The position numbers and the translations under genes were made by a program. 64,000 bases of DNA, taken from contig CAWDVE010000010.1 in the NCBI GenBank assembly GCA_963805625.1, forward strand, positions 1,728,001-1,792,000. The letters run 5' to 3'. Positions 52,371 through 62,567 of this stretch are shown one piece after another. How positions within the stretch are numbered: the stretch's first letter is position 1; every line of letters starts with the position of its first letter. The notes below the pieces were generated by a model. It was not told where the DNA came from, ran no database searches, and worked only from the letters and a program-made list of their open reading frames with translations. This DNA comes from an uncultured Candidatus Rokubacteria bacterium (GTDB taxonomy: Bacteria > Methylomirabilota > Methylomirabilia > Rokubacteriales > DASRDR01).

Positions 52371-52937
52371 GTGAGCCTGGGGACGGCCTTGGTAGTCGTG
52401 GCCATCGCGGTCGCCGGCGGCCTCGGTGGCTGGTTGTTGACGGGCGAGTCCGCGATCCTCCAGCCGGTCGCGTTTCCGCACAAGGCACACCTGGATCTCG
52501 AGGATCCCAAGTTCGAGTGCACCACCTGTCACGACCAGGCGACGAAGGGCCCCGTCGCCGGTCGGCCCTCGACCAAGAAATGCCTCTCCTGCCACAGCGG
52601 CGAGAGCAAGAGCGTCGAGGAGAAGAAGCTCCAGGCGTTCGGGGAAAAGGGCGGGGAGATTCCCTGGCGGCGCGTCTGGCGGCTGCCCGCTCATGTCTTC
52701 TTCTCCCACCGCGTCCATGTGGTCGCGGCGAAGGTGAAGTGCCAGACCTGCCACGGCCCCATGGAGACCCTGGATCGACCACCGGGCCGGCCCCTCAAAC
52801 AGCTCGCCATGAGCGATTGCATCGGCTGCCATCAGCAGTGGCGCTGGCCGGACGAGGGCGTCGCGCGGGAAGCAGAGCCGACGCGCGTCCCGACGGCGCG
52901 GCGAGTGTCGACCGACTGCAACGCGTGCCATAGATAG
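52371..52937 (+). CDS. Membrane-anchored pentaheme cytochrome c (ActA/QrcA-like)
   Basis: Five CxxCH (CTTCH, CLSCH, CQTCH, CIGCH, CNACH); IPWRRVWRLP.HVFFSH. Confidence 0.92.
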   Translation: MSLGTALVVVAIAVAGGLGGWLLTGESAILQPVAFPHKAHLDLEDPKFECTTCHDQATKGPVAGRPSTKKCLSCHSGESKSVEEKKLQAFGEKGGEIPWRRVWRLPAHVFFSHRVHVVAAKVKCQTCHGPMETLDRPPGRPLKQLAMSDCIGCHQQWRWPDEGVAREAEPTRVPTARRVSTDCNACHR

Positions 52938-52946
52938 GGTGACACG

Positions 52947-55358
52947 ATGCGCGTGACGCGGCGCCGTTTCCTCCAGGCCCTCGGCGCGTCTGCTGGGGCC
53001 GCGGCGGTTACCGGCAGTATGTTGACGCGGGCCGAGCAGGCCGGCCAGCGCCTCAAGACATGGGCCACGCCCGAGCAGACCGTGGTCCCCGCCATCTGCC
53101 AGCAGTGCCCCGGCGGATGCGGGGTCCTGGTCCGGGTGCTGGACGGCGAGGTCGCGGGGTTGTCGGGCAATCCGCTCCACCCGGTCAACCGGGGCGGACT
53201 GTGTCCGAAGGCCTACGGGGGCCTCCAGCTCCTCAACGACCCGAACCGCCTCCGAGGGCCGATGGTGCGGGACGGAGAGCGCGGGCGCTTCCGGCCCATT
53301 GGCTGGGATGAGGCCCTGGGCTTGGTGACGCGACGCCTCTCCGAGCTGCGAGCCCAGGGCCTCCCGCATACGGTGGCGATCCTAGGTGGACAGTACCGAG
53401 GCTACCGCGACACGCTCTGGCGACGGTTCGCCGAGGCATACGGGACCCCCAACTACGTTCGTGTCCGCTGCCTCGCTCCGGAGCGGCCGGCCCTGGCCCA
53501 CCAGCTCATGCAGGGCGTGACGGTTCCCCTCGGGTACGATCTCGGCGAAGCTCAGCTGATCCTGGCCTTCGGGACCGGCCTCCTGGAGTCGTGGCTCGGC
53601 CCGGTCCACGCCGCGCAAGCCTTCGCCCGTCTTCGCCGGAGCGCCGATCGGCCCCGCGGCCGGTTCATCCAGGTGGATCCCCGGCGCTCGCCGACCGCGA
53701 TCAAGGCGGACCGTTGGGTTCCGATCGTGCCGGGGACCGATGGGATCCTCGCGCTCGGAATCGCCAATGCCATGATCCGCGAGGGACTCTACGACCGGGA
53801 GTTCGTGGACCAGCACGCATTCGGCTTCGAGGACTGGGCCGACGCCGCCGGTGAGCACCCGGGCTTCAAGAATCTCGTGCTCAAGGAGTACGGGCTCCTC
53901 ACCGTGTCGGCGGCTACCGGGGTGCCGGTCAAGACCATTCTCGAGACCGCCCGGGACCTCGGCACCATCAGGCCGGCCGTCGTGCTCGGGGAGCGGGGCC
54001 CCGCGTTCGGGTCCGACGATCTCCACACCCGGATGGCGCTTCACAGCCTCAACGCGCTGGCCGGCAACCTCGGCGTCCGGGGGGGACTCCTGATCCAGGG
54101 GGACCTGCCGCTGACCGCGGTGCCCCGGGTGTCACGCGACGAGGTCGCGAGGCGCGGGCTCGACCACCCCCGGCTCGACGGCGCGGGACAGGGCGAGTAC
54201 CTACTGGCCTCCGACGCGCCCCAGGCGCTGCCGGAGCGGATCCTGGCCGGGACGCCGTACCCGATCAACGTCCTGTTCCTCTTCGCTACCAACCCCGTGG
54301 CCAACCACCCTGCGAAGGAGCGGTTTGCCGAGGCCATGCGCCGGATCCCGTTCAGCGTGAGCTTCTCCCCGTTCCTCGACGAGTCGAGCGCCCTGGCCGA
54401 CCTGATCTTGCCCGACCACACTTACCTCGAGCGCTGGCAGGACGACCAGGTCACGCACTTGGCTGGCTTCAGCTGCTTCAGCCTGGCCCGGCCGGCGGCC
54501 ACGCCCCTTCACCAGACGCGCAACACGGCCGACGTCCTGCTCCAGGTCGCCAGAGCGCTGGGCGGAGGGGTGACAGCGAGCCTCGCGTGGGAGAAGTTCG
54601 AGGACCTCCTCTACGAAGGCGCGCGCGGCCTGTACGACGCCGGACGAGGGTACGTGGTCGCGGCCCACACAGAGGAAGCGCTGCGGAAGATCCTCGAACG
54701 CCAAGGGTATTGGACGCCGGAGTTCGAGTCCTACGACGACTTCTGGGAGGCGCTCGGACGGCGTGGCGCCTGGTGGGACCCCACGAGCCTTCCGGTGAGC
54801 CGCAAGACGCTCCTCAAGACGCAGACAGGGAAGTTCGAATTCTACGCCCTGGGGCTCAAGCGGCTCCGGGAGAACGCCGTGAAGGGCGGGGCGAAGCTGG
54901 AGGCCGTCGCGCAAGCCCTCGGCCGGCGAGACCCGGATGATCTCGCCTTCCTGCCGGCCGTCGCGATCCCTCCCGCTCGGGAGTCGGGCTCGTTCCCCCT
55001 GCGCCTCAACACCTACCGTCTAATGAGCCGGCCCACGGGAGGCGGGAGGAACCAACCCTGGCTCCTCGAGCAGCCGGCCGTCCACGTCCGGGCGTCGTGG
55101 GAGGGCTGGGTGGAGATCCACCCGAAGACGGCGGTCGGGCTCGGGGTGAAGAGCGGCGACTGGGTCTGGGTCGAGTCGGCCAAGGGGCGGATCCGCCTGA
55201 AGGCCAAGCTCTATACCGGGACTCTCCCCGACATGGTCCACGTGCCGCTCTTCGGGGGCGAAGGACCGAACCCCAACGACCTGATCGCCAGCGAGGCGGA
55301 CCCGTTCAGGGGCTTTGGCCTTCTCAACACTACCCGGGTGCGGATCACGAAAGTCTGA
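52947..55358 (+). CDS. Tat-exported molybdopterin-oxidoreductase-family subunit (QrcB/PsrA-like)
   Basis: TRRRFLQ Tat motif; CQQCPGGC...LCPK FeS motif; ADLILPDHTYLERW; VEIHP..VWVES. Confidence 0.9.
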   Translation: MRVTRRRFLQALGASAGAAAVTGSMLTRAEQAGQRLKTWATPEQTVVPAICQQCPGGCGVLVRVLDGEVAGLSGNPLHPVNRGGLCPKAYGGLQLLNDPNRLRGPMVRDGERGRFRPIGWDEALGLVTRRLSELRAQGLPHTVAILGGQYRGYRDTLWRRFAEAYGTPNYVRVRCLAPERPALAHQLMQGVTVPLGYDLGEAQLILAFGTGLLESWLGPVHAAQAFARLRRSADRPRGRFIQVDPRRSPTAIKADRWVPIVPGTDGILALGIANAMIREGLYDREFVDQHAFGFEDWADAAGEHPGFKNLVLKEYGLLTVSAATGVPVKTILETARDLGTIRPAVVLGERGPAFGSDDLHTRMALHSLNALAGNLGVRGGLLIQGDLPLTAVPRVSRDEVARRGLDHPRLDGAGQGEYLLASDAPQALPERILAGTPYPINVLFLFATNPVANHPAKERFAEAMRRIPFSVSFSPFLDESSALADLILPDHTYLERWQDDQVTHLAGFSCFSLARPAATPLHQTRNTADVLLQVARALGGGVTASLAWEKFEDLLYEGARGLYDAGRGYVVAAHTEEALRKILERQGYWTPEFESYDDFWEALGRRGAWWDPTSLPVSRKTLLKTQTGKFEFYALGLKRLRENAVKGGAKLEAVAQALGRRDPDDLAFLPAVAIPPARESGSFPLRLNTYRLMSRPTGGGRNQPWLLEQPAVHVRASWEGWVEIHPKTAVGLGVKSGDWVWVESAKGRIRLKAKLYTGTLPDMVHVPLFGGEGPNPNDLIASEADPFRGFGLLNTTRVRITKV

Positions 55359-55359
55359 C

Positions 55360-56043
55360 ATGGCGCTCTGGGGGATGGTGATCGATCTCGACCGTTGCAC
55401 CGGCTGCCAGGCGTGCGTCATGGCGTGCAAGGCAGAGAACAACGTGCCCGCCGTCGGGGCGAGAGAGGCCGCACTCGGCCGGACCATCAGCTGGATGCAG
55501 GTGCTGACCGAGGAGGACGAGACGCGCCCCGGAGAGGTGAAGCGCTTCCTGCCCAGGCCGTGCCTCCAGTGCGATGATCCCCCGTGCACCAAGGTCTGCC
55601 CCGTCTACGCCACCTACCGCAACCCCGAGGGGATCGTCGCCCAGATCTACGCGCGCTGCATCGGGTGCCGCTTCTGCATGGCGGCTTGCCCGTACAACGC
55701 CAAGTACTTCAACTGGCGGGTCTACCAGAAGGAGGGGCCGGGGCAGAACCCGGACGTGTCGGTTCGTCCCAAGGGTGTCGTGGAAAAGTGCACCTTCTGC
55801 CATCACCGCCTCCAGAAGGCCCGGGAGCGTGCACTCGCTGAGCGGCGGGACCTGGCCCCCGGGGAGTACGTTACCGCCTGCGCCGAGGCCTGCCCAGCGC
55901 GCGCGATCACCTTCGGAGACCTCTCCGATCCCGGCAGCGAGGTCTCGCGCCTCGCGCGGAGTCCCCGCGCCTTCAGGCTCCAGGAGGAGCTGGGGACGAA
56001 GCCCAAGGTGATCTACCTGACCGAGGGCGAGAACCATGGGTGA
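55360..56043 (+). CDS. 4Fe-4S dicluster subunit (NrfC/QrcC-like)
   Basis: CTGCQACVMAC, CLQCDDPPC..CP, CIGCRFCMAACPY, CTFC..CAEACP. Confidence 0.95.
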   Translation: MALWGMVIDLDRCTGCQACVMACKAENNVPAVGAREAALGRTISWMQVLTEEDETRPGEVKRFLPRPCLQCDDPPCTKVCPVYATYRNPEGIVAQIYARCIGCRFCMAACPYNAKYFNWRVYQKEGPGQNPDVSVRPKGVVEKCTFCHHRLQKARERALAERRDLAPGEYVTACAEACPARAITFGDLSDPGSEVSRLARSPRAFRLQEELGTKPKVIYLTEGENHG

Positions 56044-57400
56044 GCCCCGGATCGGCCGCGGGGACCCGTACGAGGCCCCCCTGCTCGCCCCCATCGAGCG
56101 AACGGGACCCGGGTTCTACTGGGCCGTGGGCGCTCTCTCGCTGCTCATCGCCTGGGGAGCCGTGGCCTACTGGCGGCAGTTCACCGAGGGGCTCGGGGTG
56201 ACGGGGCTCCACCAGCCGGTGTCCTGGGGCTTCTACGTCACCAACTTCGTCTTCTTCATCGGGATCAGCCATGCCGGGACCCTGATCTCGGCGATCCTCC
56301 GGCTCTCGAAGGCGGAGTGGCGGCGCCCCATCACCCGCATGGCCGAGGTGATCACGGTGATGGTCCTCTTCATCGGGGCGGGACAGATCCTGGTGGACCT
56401 GGGCCGGCCCGACCGGATGCTGAACGTCATCCGCTACGGCCGCTACCAGTCCCCGCTTCTCTGGGACGCCACCAGCATCAGCGCGTACCTTACTGCCAGC
56501 ATCGTGTACCTCTACCTCCCGCTGATTCCCGACATCGCCATCCTCCGGGACCGACTCGACAAGCGGAAGCTCCTCTACGCGGTCCTGGCCCTGGGCTGGA
56601 CGGGCAGCGCGCGCCAGCAGAAGGTCCTGAACCGGGCGATCGCGATCATGGCCGTCCTGGTGATCCCAATCGCGGTCTCAGTCCACTCGGTGGTGTCCTT
56701 CGTCTTCTCCATGACGCTCCAGCCCATGTGGCACTCGACGATCTTCGGTCCCTACTTCGTCGTGGGCGCCATCTTCTCGGGCATCGCCGCCCTCATCGTG
56801 GCGATGATCGTCTTCCGGAAGGCTTACGGGCTCGAGGCCTACCTGAAGCCGGTCCACTTCCGCTATCTGGGGCAGCTCCTCCTGATCATGTCGCTTCTCT
56901 GGTTCTATTTCACCTTCGCCGAGTACCTGACCGGCTACTACGGAGCGGAGCCGGAAGAGATGCACGTCTTCTGGGCCAAGGTGACCGGACCCTTCCGGCT
57001 GTTCTTCTGGGGAATGGCCCTCACGAACTTCGTCGTTCCGGTGCTCTGCCTGGTGAGGCTGGGCCGCCACACGATCGGCAAGGTCCTCGCGGCTTCTCTG
57101 TCGGTCTCGGTGGGGATGTGGCTGGAGCGCTTCATCATCGTCGTCCCGACGCTCTCGAATCCCAGGCTTCCGTTCCCGGAGGGCCACTACTGGCCGACCT
57201 GGGTGGAGTGGGGGGAGATGACAGGCAGCTTCGCCCTGTTCGCTCTCTTCTACCTCCTCTTCACCAAGCTCTTCCCGATCATCTCCATCTGGGAGATCCG
57301 GGAGGGTCGGGAAGGGATCAAGGAGGTCCGCGAACGGCTCGACAGCTACCTTCCGGCCGCGGCCGAGGCGGAGCTGGCCGTGGCGGAGCCCAGGCGATGA
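56036..57400 (+). CDS. NrfD-family membrane subunit (ActC/QrcD-like)
   Basis: NFVFFIGISHAGTLISAIL, WRRPITRMAE, DLGRPDR, SVHSVVS, GMWLERF. Confidence 0.93.
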   Translation: MGEPRIGRGDPYEAPLLAPIERTGPGFYWAVGALSLLIAWGAVAYWRQFTEGLGVTGLHQPVSWGFYVTNFVFFIGISHAGTLISAILRLSKAEWRRPITRMAEVITVMVLFIGAGQILVDLGRPDRMLNVIRYGRYQSPLLWDATSISAYLTASIVYLYLPLIPDIAILRDRLDKRKLLYAVLALGWTGSARQQKVLNRAIAIMAVLVIPIAVSVHSVVSFVFSMTLQPMWHSTIFGPYFVVGAIFSGIAALIVAMIVFRKAYGLEAYLKPVHFRYLGQLLLIMSLLWFYFTFAEYLTGYYGAEPEEMHVFWAKVTGPFRLFFWGMALTNFVVPVLCLVRLGRHTIGKVLAASLSVSVGMWLERFIIVVPTLSNPRLPFPEGHYWPTWVEWGEMTGSFALFALFYLLFTKLFPIISIWEIREGREGIKEVRERLDSYLPAAAEAELAVAEPRR

Positions 57401-57720
57401 CGGGGAGCAGCCCGGGGCCGGTCGCCGAGCGAACCGTGAGGGCCCTCCAGTGGACGATGGCCGGGGCCGCCGTCCTCTTCATCGTCGGGATCATTACCTG
57501 GATCAGTCACCTGATCCGCACCGCCTGGCGGCTCCAGGACGTCCCGTCGGCCTCCATCGGGATCTCGCTGGTGGCGATACCGGTCTTCCTCACCCTGCTC
57601 GGAGTGGTCCTGTACGTCTTCTGGGGGCTCCTGGCGGACCCGGGGCGAGGGAGCGAGCCTCCCGCGCATCCGACGGCGCCTCCCGGGGGCGACCGTCAGA
57701 CCACCGGAGGCAGATCGTGA
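57397..57720 (+). CDS. Small 2-TM membrane protein
   Basis: ATGA/GTGA overlaps on both sides; two hydrophobic helices. Confidence 0.7.
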   Translation: MTGSSPGPVAERTVRALQWTMAGAAVLFIVGIITWISHLIRTAWRLQDVPSASIGISLVAIPVFLTLLGVVLYVFWGLLADPGRGSEPPAHPTAPPGGDRQTTGGRS

Positions 57721-58970
57721 AGCGGCGGGTTCTGGTCGTCGGCCTCGTGGCCCTCCTCGCGGGAGTGGGACCGGCACTCGCCGTCCGCCCGGCCTCCGGA
57801 GGTCACGAGGGCCTCTCCGCCATCCTCCCGGGCAATCCGCTGGAGGGAAGCCGGCTCTTCACCGGGAAGGGGTGCCTCAGCTGCCACTCCGTCCATGGCG
57901 TCGGCGGGACCACCGGGCCCGATCTCGGCCGCGGGATCCTGAACCGCCCCCTCCTCGATATCGCCGGCGTGATGTGGAACCACTCTCCGGGGATGGAGCA
58001 CGTCTTCCAGGAGAAGCGCCTCGCCAGGCCCCGGCTCGAGGTCGCAGAGATGGCGAGCCTGCTGGCGTTCCTCTACTACCTCGGCTCCCTTGATCCCCCC
58101 GGCAATGCGGAGGTCGGCGCCCGCCTCTTCCGGCAGAAGGGCTGCCAGACCTGCCACTCCGTGGGCGGACAGGGCGGCCACATCGGCCCGGAGCTGGACC
58201 AGTACAGCCGCTACGCCTCGCCTCTCCACCTCACGGCCGGCCTGTGGCGACGGGGAAAGGCCATGGCCGCGAAGATGGAAGAGCGGCGGGTCCCGCGCCC
58301 CAGCTTCGAGGGTACCGACATCCCGGATCTCCTCGCGTACATCCGGAGTGCGGGAGGCAGCTCGGAGCGGATCTACGTCCCGCCGGGGAACCCGAAGCAC
58401 GGGGAGGAGCTGTTCACCGCGAAGCGATGCGTGGAGTGCCACTCGGTGAGGGGCCACGGCGGGAAGGTGGGGCCTGACCTCGGGCTCACGGTCAAGGGAA
58501 GTCTCATGCGGATCGCCGGGACGATGTGGAACCACGGGCCCAGGATGTGGGCAAAGATGGCCGAGCGGGGCATCGAGGTCCCCTCGCTCGGCACCGGGGA
58601 GATGGGGGACCTGATCAGCTACCTCTACTTCTTCCAGTTCATCGATCCGGCCGGCGACCCCCGCCGGGGGTGGGTGGTGTACAAGGAGAAGCGGTGCGGC
58701 GCATGCCATGCCGCCACCGGGGCCGGCAAGCCGGTCGCCCCGCCGTTCGCCGATCTGGTCGAGAAGCTCGCCACTCCCCTCGAGGTGGTCACTGCGATGT
58801 GGAATCACGCGGGAAAGATGGAGGAGAAGATGTCGGAGGAGAACGTGGCCTGGCCGGTCCTCAAGGGCGGAGAGATGGCGGACCTGCTCGACTACCTCCT
58901 CTCCGGCCGGGGGGTCGCGGCGCCGTCCGACGGCTCCAAGGTGCCCGCGCCCAAGGGGCAGCCACGGTAG
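57717..58970 (+). CDS. Tetraheme cytochrome c with four repeated domains
   Basis: CLSCH, CQTCH, CVECH, CGACH; three are followed by MWNH..M. Confidence 0.9.
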   Translation: MKRRVLVVGLVALLAGVGPALAVRPASGGHEGLSAILPGNPLEGSRLFTGKGCLSCHSVHGVGGTTGPDLGRGILNRPLLDIAGVMWNHSPGMEHVFQEKRLARPRLEVAEMASLLAFLYYLGSLDPPGNAEVGARLFRQKGCQTCHSVGGQGGHIGPELDQYSRYASPLHLTAGLWRRGKAMAAKMEERRVPRPSFEGTDIPDLLAYIRSAGGSSERIYVPPGNPKHGEELFTAKRCVECHSVRGHGGKVGPDLGLTVKGSLMRIAGTMWNHGPRMWAKMAERGIEVPSLGTGEMGDLISYLYFFQFIDPAGDPRRGWVVYKEKRCGACHAATGAGKPVAPPFADLVEKLATPLEVVTAMWNHAGKMEEKMSEENVAWPVLKGGEMADLLDYLLSGRGVAAPSDGSKVPAPKGQPR

Positions 58971-58999
58971 GGAGACTCCGCAACACAAGGAGGTGCGCG

Positions 59000-59968
59000 A
59001 TGACGCGCTCAAGAGGCACGTTCGGGACGCTGTTGCTCGCCGTCTTGGTCGGGCTCGGGCCGGCCGCGGCCGACGAAATGGAGATCGCCGCCAAGAAGGT
59101 CACGGAGGCACCCGCGATCGACGGGAAGGTGGACAAGATCTGGGATGGCGTCAAGGCCACGAAAGTGACCGCGTCCGAGGGCCCGCAGGGCGACGTCGAG
59201 ATCAGCCTGAAGGTCCTCTACACGGACAAAGACGTTTACTTCCTGTTCCAGTGGCCCGACAAGACCCAGAGCCTCAACCGGCTCTACGAGTTCACCGGGA
59301 CCGAGTGGAAGAAGCTCAAGGGGGCCGAGGACCGGTTCAACCTCATGTGGGACATCGCCAACACAATGAAGGAGTTCCCCGCCAAGGGATGCACGGCCGC
59401 GTGCCACAAGCAGGACAAGAAGATCTGGCTCAGTACCAACGGACCCACCGAGCGGCTGGACGTGTGGCACTGGAAGGCGCAGCGCTCGAACCCGGTGGGC
59501 TATGCCGATGACCAGTGGCTGGGCCACGAGCTCCGCAAGGAGGGGGACGAGGAGATCGCCCGGGGTAACGACGCGAAGACCGCCGGGGGCTACTCGGACA
59601 ACTGGGACAAGGATGCCAAGCGCCCCAAGTACATGTTCAAAGAAGGAGTCAAGCCGGGGCCGATCCTCCTGAAGAAGGACGCGGTGGAGATCAAGGACGC
59701 GAAGTTCAAGGCGGGCGACCGACTGCCGCGTGAGGTGCTGGAGAAGCCAGTCGGGAGCCGCGGCGACATCGAGGCCAAGGGGGTATGGGACAAGGGTCGC
59801 TGGACCCTCGAACTCCGGCGGGCTCGCGACACCGGGGACAAGGAAAACGACATCCAGTTCACTGATCCGAACCGGCCATACTACTTCGGGATCTCGGTTC
59901 ACGACGACGCCGGCGACGAGGACCATTCTCACACCGGCCGCACGGCGATGAAGCTGCTCCTGAAGTGA
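59000..59968 (+). CDS. Ethylbenzene-dehydrogenase-gamma/DOMON-like heme-binding protein
   Basis: APAIDG, VYFLFQWPD, EDRF, CTAACH, DVWHWKAQR, WTLELRR..DIQF. Confidence 0.85.
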   Translation: MTRSRGTFGTLLLAVLVGLGPAAADEMEIAAKKVTEAPAIDGKVDKIWDGVKATKVTASEGPQGDVEISLKVLYTDKDVYFLFQWPDKTQSLNRLYEFTGTEWKKLKGAEDRFNLMWDIANTMKEFPAKGCTAACHKQDKKIWLSTNGPTERLDVWHWKAQRSNPVGYADDQWLGHELRKEGDEEIARGNDAKTAGGYSDNWDKDAKRPKYMFKEGVKPGPILLKKDAVEIKDAKFKAGDRLPREVLEKPVGSRGDIEAKGVWDKGRWTLELRRARDTGDKENDIQFTDPNRPYYFGISVHDDAGDEDHSHTGRTAMKLLLK

Positions 59969-60175
59969 CGGGGAGGGACGCTGGAGCGGGCGGTTCAGGA
60001 CTGACCCTGCGCGGGGGGAGGTATGCGTCAGCCGGCTCGGCGGCCGCCTTGGTGGGTGAGGGCCGCCCCGCCGGCGCCGCCGAGATCGACGAGGTGGCCG
60101 GGGTCCTATCGGCCACGCAGGGCACGGTGGTCGCCGGCAACATCGACGCGGTGCAGCAGGGGGTGGCCCCGAGCC

Positions 60176-61492
60176 TGTCCTTCGCCAAAACCTGTCCGGT
60201 GGATAAGCGGTTGATCTTTTGGCTCTGATCCGGAGACAATCGCCGCCCCATGATCACTACGCTGCTGCACCTGCTTCGACTCTTCCCGTTCCTCTGCGTC
60301 GGCCACCGCCAACTTGCTCTCGAGAACCTCGCCTTGCGCCAGCAGCTCGCCGTGTACAAGAGAACGGCGAAGCGGCCGCAACTGCGCCGCCGCGAGCGGC
60401 TCTTCTGGGTCTGCTTGTCCAGGGTGTGGACGAAATGGAGAGCGGCCCTCGTCATCGTGGCACCCGACACCGTCCTGCGCTGGCAGCGGCACCGCTTCCG
60501 TCTGCACTGGACCACGCTTTCCGGCCGGCCCGCCGGGGGCCGCCCGCCCGTCAGCCCCGAGATCAGAGCCCTTGTCAGACAAATGGCCGCGGCGAATCCG
60601 CTCTGGGGCGCCCCGAGAATCCATGGTGAGCTCCTGAAGCTCGGCATCGACATCGGCGAGCGCACTGTCTCCCGGCTGATCCCCAAGCGTCGCACCCCGC
60701 CGTCTCAGACCTGGCGCACGTTCCTCACCAACCATGTCCGCGACCTGGTCTCGATCGACTTCTTCACCGTGCCCACTGCTGGGTGGCGCGTCCTCTTCGT
60801 CCTCGTCGTGCTCGCTCACCATCGGCGGCGCGTCGTCCACTTCAACGTCACCGAGCATCCCACCGCCTGGACCGCCCAGCAGATCGTGGAGGCGTTCCCG
60901 GACGACACCGCGCCAGCCTATCTCCTCCGCGATCACGACACGATCTACGGTCACGCCTTCCGGCGACGGGTGAAGGGCCTGCAGATCCAGGAGGTCCTCA
61001 CGGCCGCCCGCTGCCCGTGGCAGAATCCCTTCGTGGAACGGCTCATCGGCTCGATACGGCGCGAGTGTCTGGACCATGTCCTCGTTCTGAGCGAGCCGCA
61101 CCTGCACCGCATCCTGACCCGCTACTTCGCGTACTGTCACCGCGCCCGAACGCATCTCTCACTCGAGAAGGATGCGCCAGACGTCAGGCCCATCGAGCGG
61201 CCGGCGATGGGCACGATCGTGCCGATCTCCGAGGTCGGGGGCCTGCATCATCGATACGTACGGCGGGCGGCATAACCCAGCATCGACCGGCTCGCGCCCC
61301 GCTACTCTTCGTCGTCCCGGCCGTCATCCGTCCTGCACGGACGATCACATCTTTCTGTGCTAGGCCCGATCGCCGGAGGATGCCGACTGCCTTGCGGCGG
61401 GCCAGCCGCTCACCTGTCGTCAGGCGTGCTGAGCCCGCCGGTCGCCCACGGAGCGTCGCCAGGCGAGTCGGCCGCGGTTTTGGCGAAGGACA
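60176..61492 (+). mobile_element. Complete IS (IS3/IS481-like, single ORF) with 17-bp TIRs and 3-bp TSD
   Basis: TGTCCTTCGCCAAAACC at 60176-60192 and its exact complement at 61476-61492; GCC on both flanks. Confidence 0.92.
60250..61275 (+). CDS. Transposase with integrase-core (rve) domain
   Basis: LALENLALRQQL, NPLWGAPRIHGEL, IDFFTV, LLRD.D, PWQN.FVERLIGSIRRECLDH. Confidence 0.93.
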   Translation: MITTLLHLLRLFPFLCVGHRQLALENLALRQQLAVYKRTAKRPQLRRRERLFWVCLSRVWTKWRAALVIVAPDTVLRWQRHRFRLHWTTLSGRPAGGRPPVSPEIRALVRQMAAANPLWGAPRIHGELLKLGIDIGERTVSRLIPKRRTPPSQTWRTFLTNHVRDLVSIDFFTVPTAGWRVLFVLVVLAHHRRRVVHFNVTEHPTAWTAQQIVEAFPDDTAPAYLLRDHDTIYGHAFRRRVKGLQIQEVLTAARCPWQNPFVERLIGSIRRECLDHVLVLSEPHLHRILTRYFAYCHRARTHLSLEKDAPDVRPIERPAMGTIVPISEVGGLHHRYVRRAA

Positions 61493-61628
61493 GCCCGCTC
61501 AGTGTCACCATCAACACGCGCCAAGGCACACAGGAATGGGACACGGCGACGCAAGTCGTCATGTGGTACCTCCCCGGTGGTCATGTCGACCTCGGTGTCC
61601 CTCCGATCGACGGCGCCTGGTTTGATGC

Positions 61629-62429
61629 CTATCGGGTGGCAGCCTTGATGGTCGGGAACGGGCCGTCGAAGAATGCCACGTTGTGGAACGCTTCGTTGAC
61701 CAGGGCCTCGGCGACAAGACGCGCCTGAGCACCGTCCCGACCGAAGACGACGATGCGGGTATTGTGATCCTCCATTGGGAGGCGACCGTCGTCCTTGGCC
61801 CGCTTCACCTCGCCAACGTCCTTTCCGGGCCTCAAGCCAGCGGCAGGCAACGTGCGGGCGCCGCTGATGGTCCCCGCTGAGAACTCCTCGCCACTCCTCG
61901 CGTCGAGGAACACGGCCGTCCGGTCGCTGGCGTGGACGTACGTGACTCCCTCGAGCCGGATCTGCGTGAGGCCGCCGAGCGCTCGCCAGACGGGAATGCC
62001 GAGTTGGTACCGGCGCACGCTGGTGAAGCCCGCGCCGAGAAGCTCCTCGGACAGGCGCTTGCTCTTACCGCAGTAAGGGCCGTTGCAGTACAGCACGAGC
62101 GACTTCGTCCGGTCGCCGCCGACCAGCCGCTCGATCTCTCGGACGTCCGACACGTAGACGGACATCGGGACGTCCGGCTTCGCGGACACGTTGAGCGCGC
62201 CGGGAATGTGGCTCACCGCATACTCCATGAACGGCCGCGCGTCGAGCACGAGACTGCTCTGGGCGCCGAGGACCTGCCTGAGCTCCTCGGTAGAGACCTC
62301 GGCCGTCTTCTGGTTGGGCTCCAGCAACGTTCCCTGGAATACGCTGAGGCCCGACTGAGCCGGAGCGATCGAGGTCACGAGGAGAGACGTGACCAGCACG
62401 GGGACGCTGGCTGTCCAAATCCTGTCCAT
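61629..62429 (-). CDS. Exported tandem rhodanese-like protein
   Basis: LDARPFMEYAVSHIPGA, YCNGPYCGKS; second domain LDARS..GTISGA. Confidence 0.88.
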   Translation of the reverse strand: MDRIWTASVPVLVTSLLVTSIAPAQSGLSVFQGTLLEPNQKTAEVSTEELRQVLGAQSSLVLDARPFMEYAVSHIPGALNVSAKPDVPMSVYVSDVREIERLVGGDRTKSLVLYCNGPYCGKSKRLSEELLGAGFTSVRRYQLGIPVWRALGGLTQIRLEGVTYVHASDRTAVFLDARSGEEFSAGTISGARTLPAAGLRPGKDVGEVKRAKDDGRLPMEDHNTRIVVFGRDGAQARLVAEALVNEAFHNVAFFDGPFPTIKAATR

Positions 62430-62552
62430 CCGTACCTCCCTTTCATGCGGCGTTGTCCCACGTCCGGGCGGCCTTGGAACGGGCATGCCCGCGACGAGTC
62501 AAGGCCACGTGGATGGCGGAAAAAACTGAAATACATAACACGCCGTATTGAT

Positions 62553-62567
62553 ATAATTTCTGGTTAT
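62553..62567. promoter_or_regulatory. LysR box (T-N11-A dyad)
   Basis: ATAA-N7-TTAT overlapping the LysR start codon. Confidence 0.6.
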
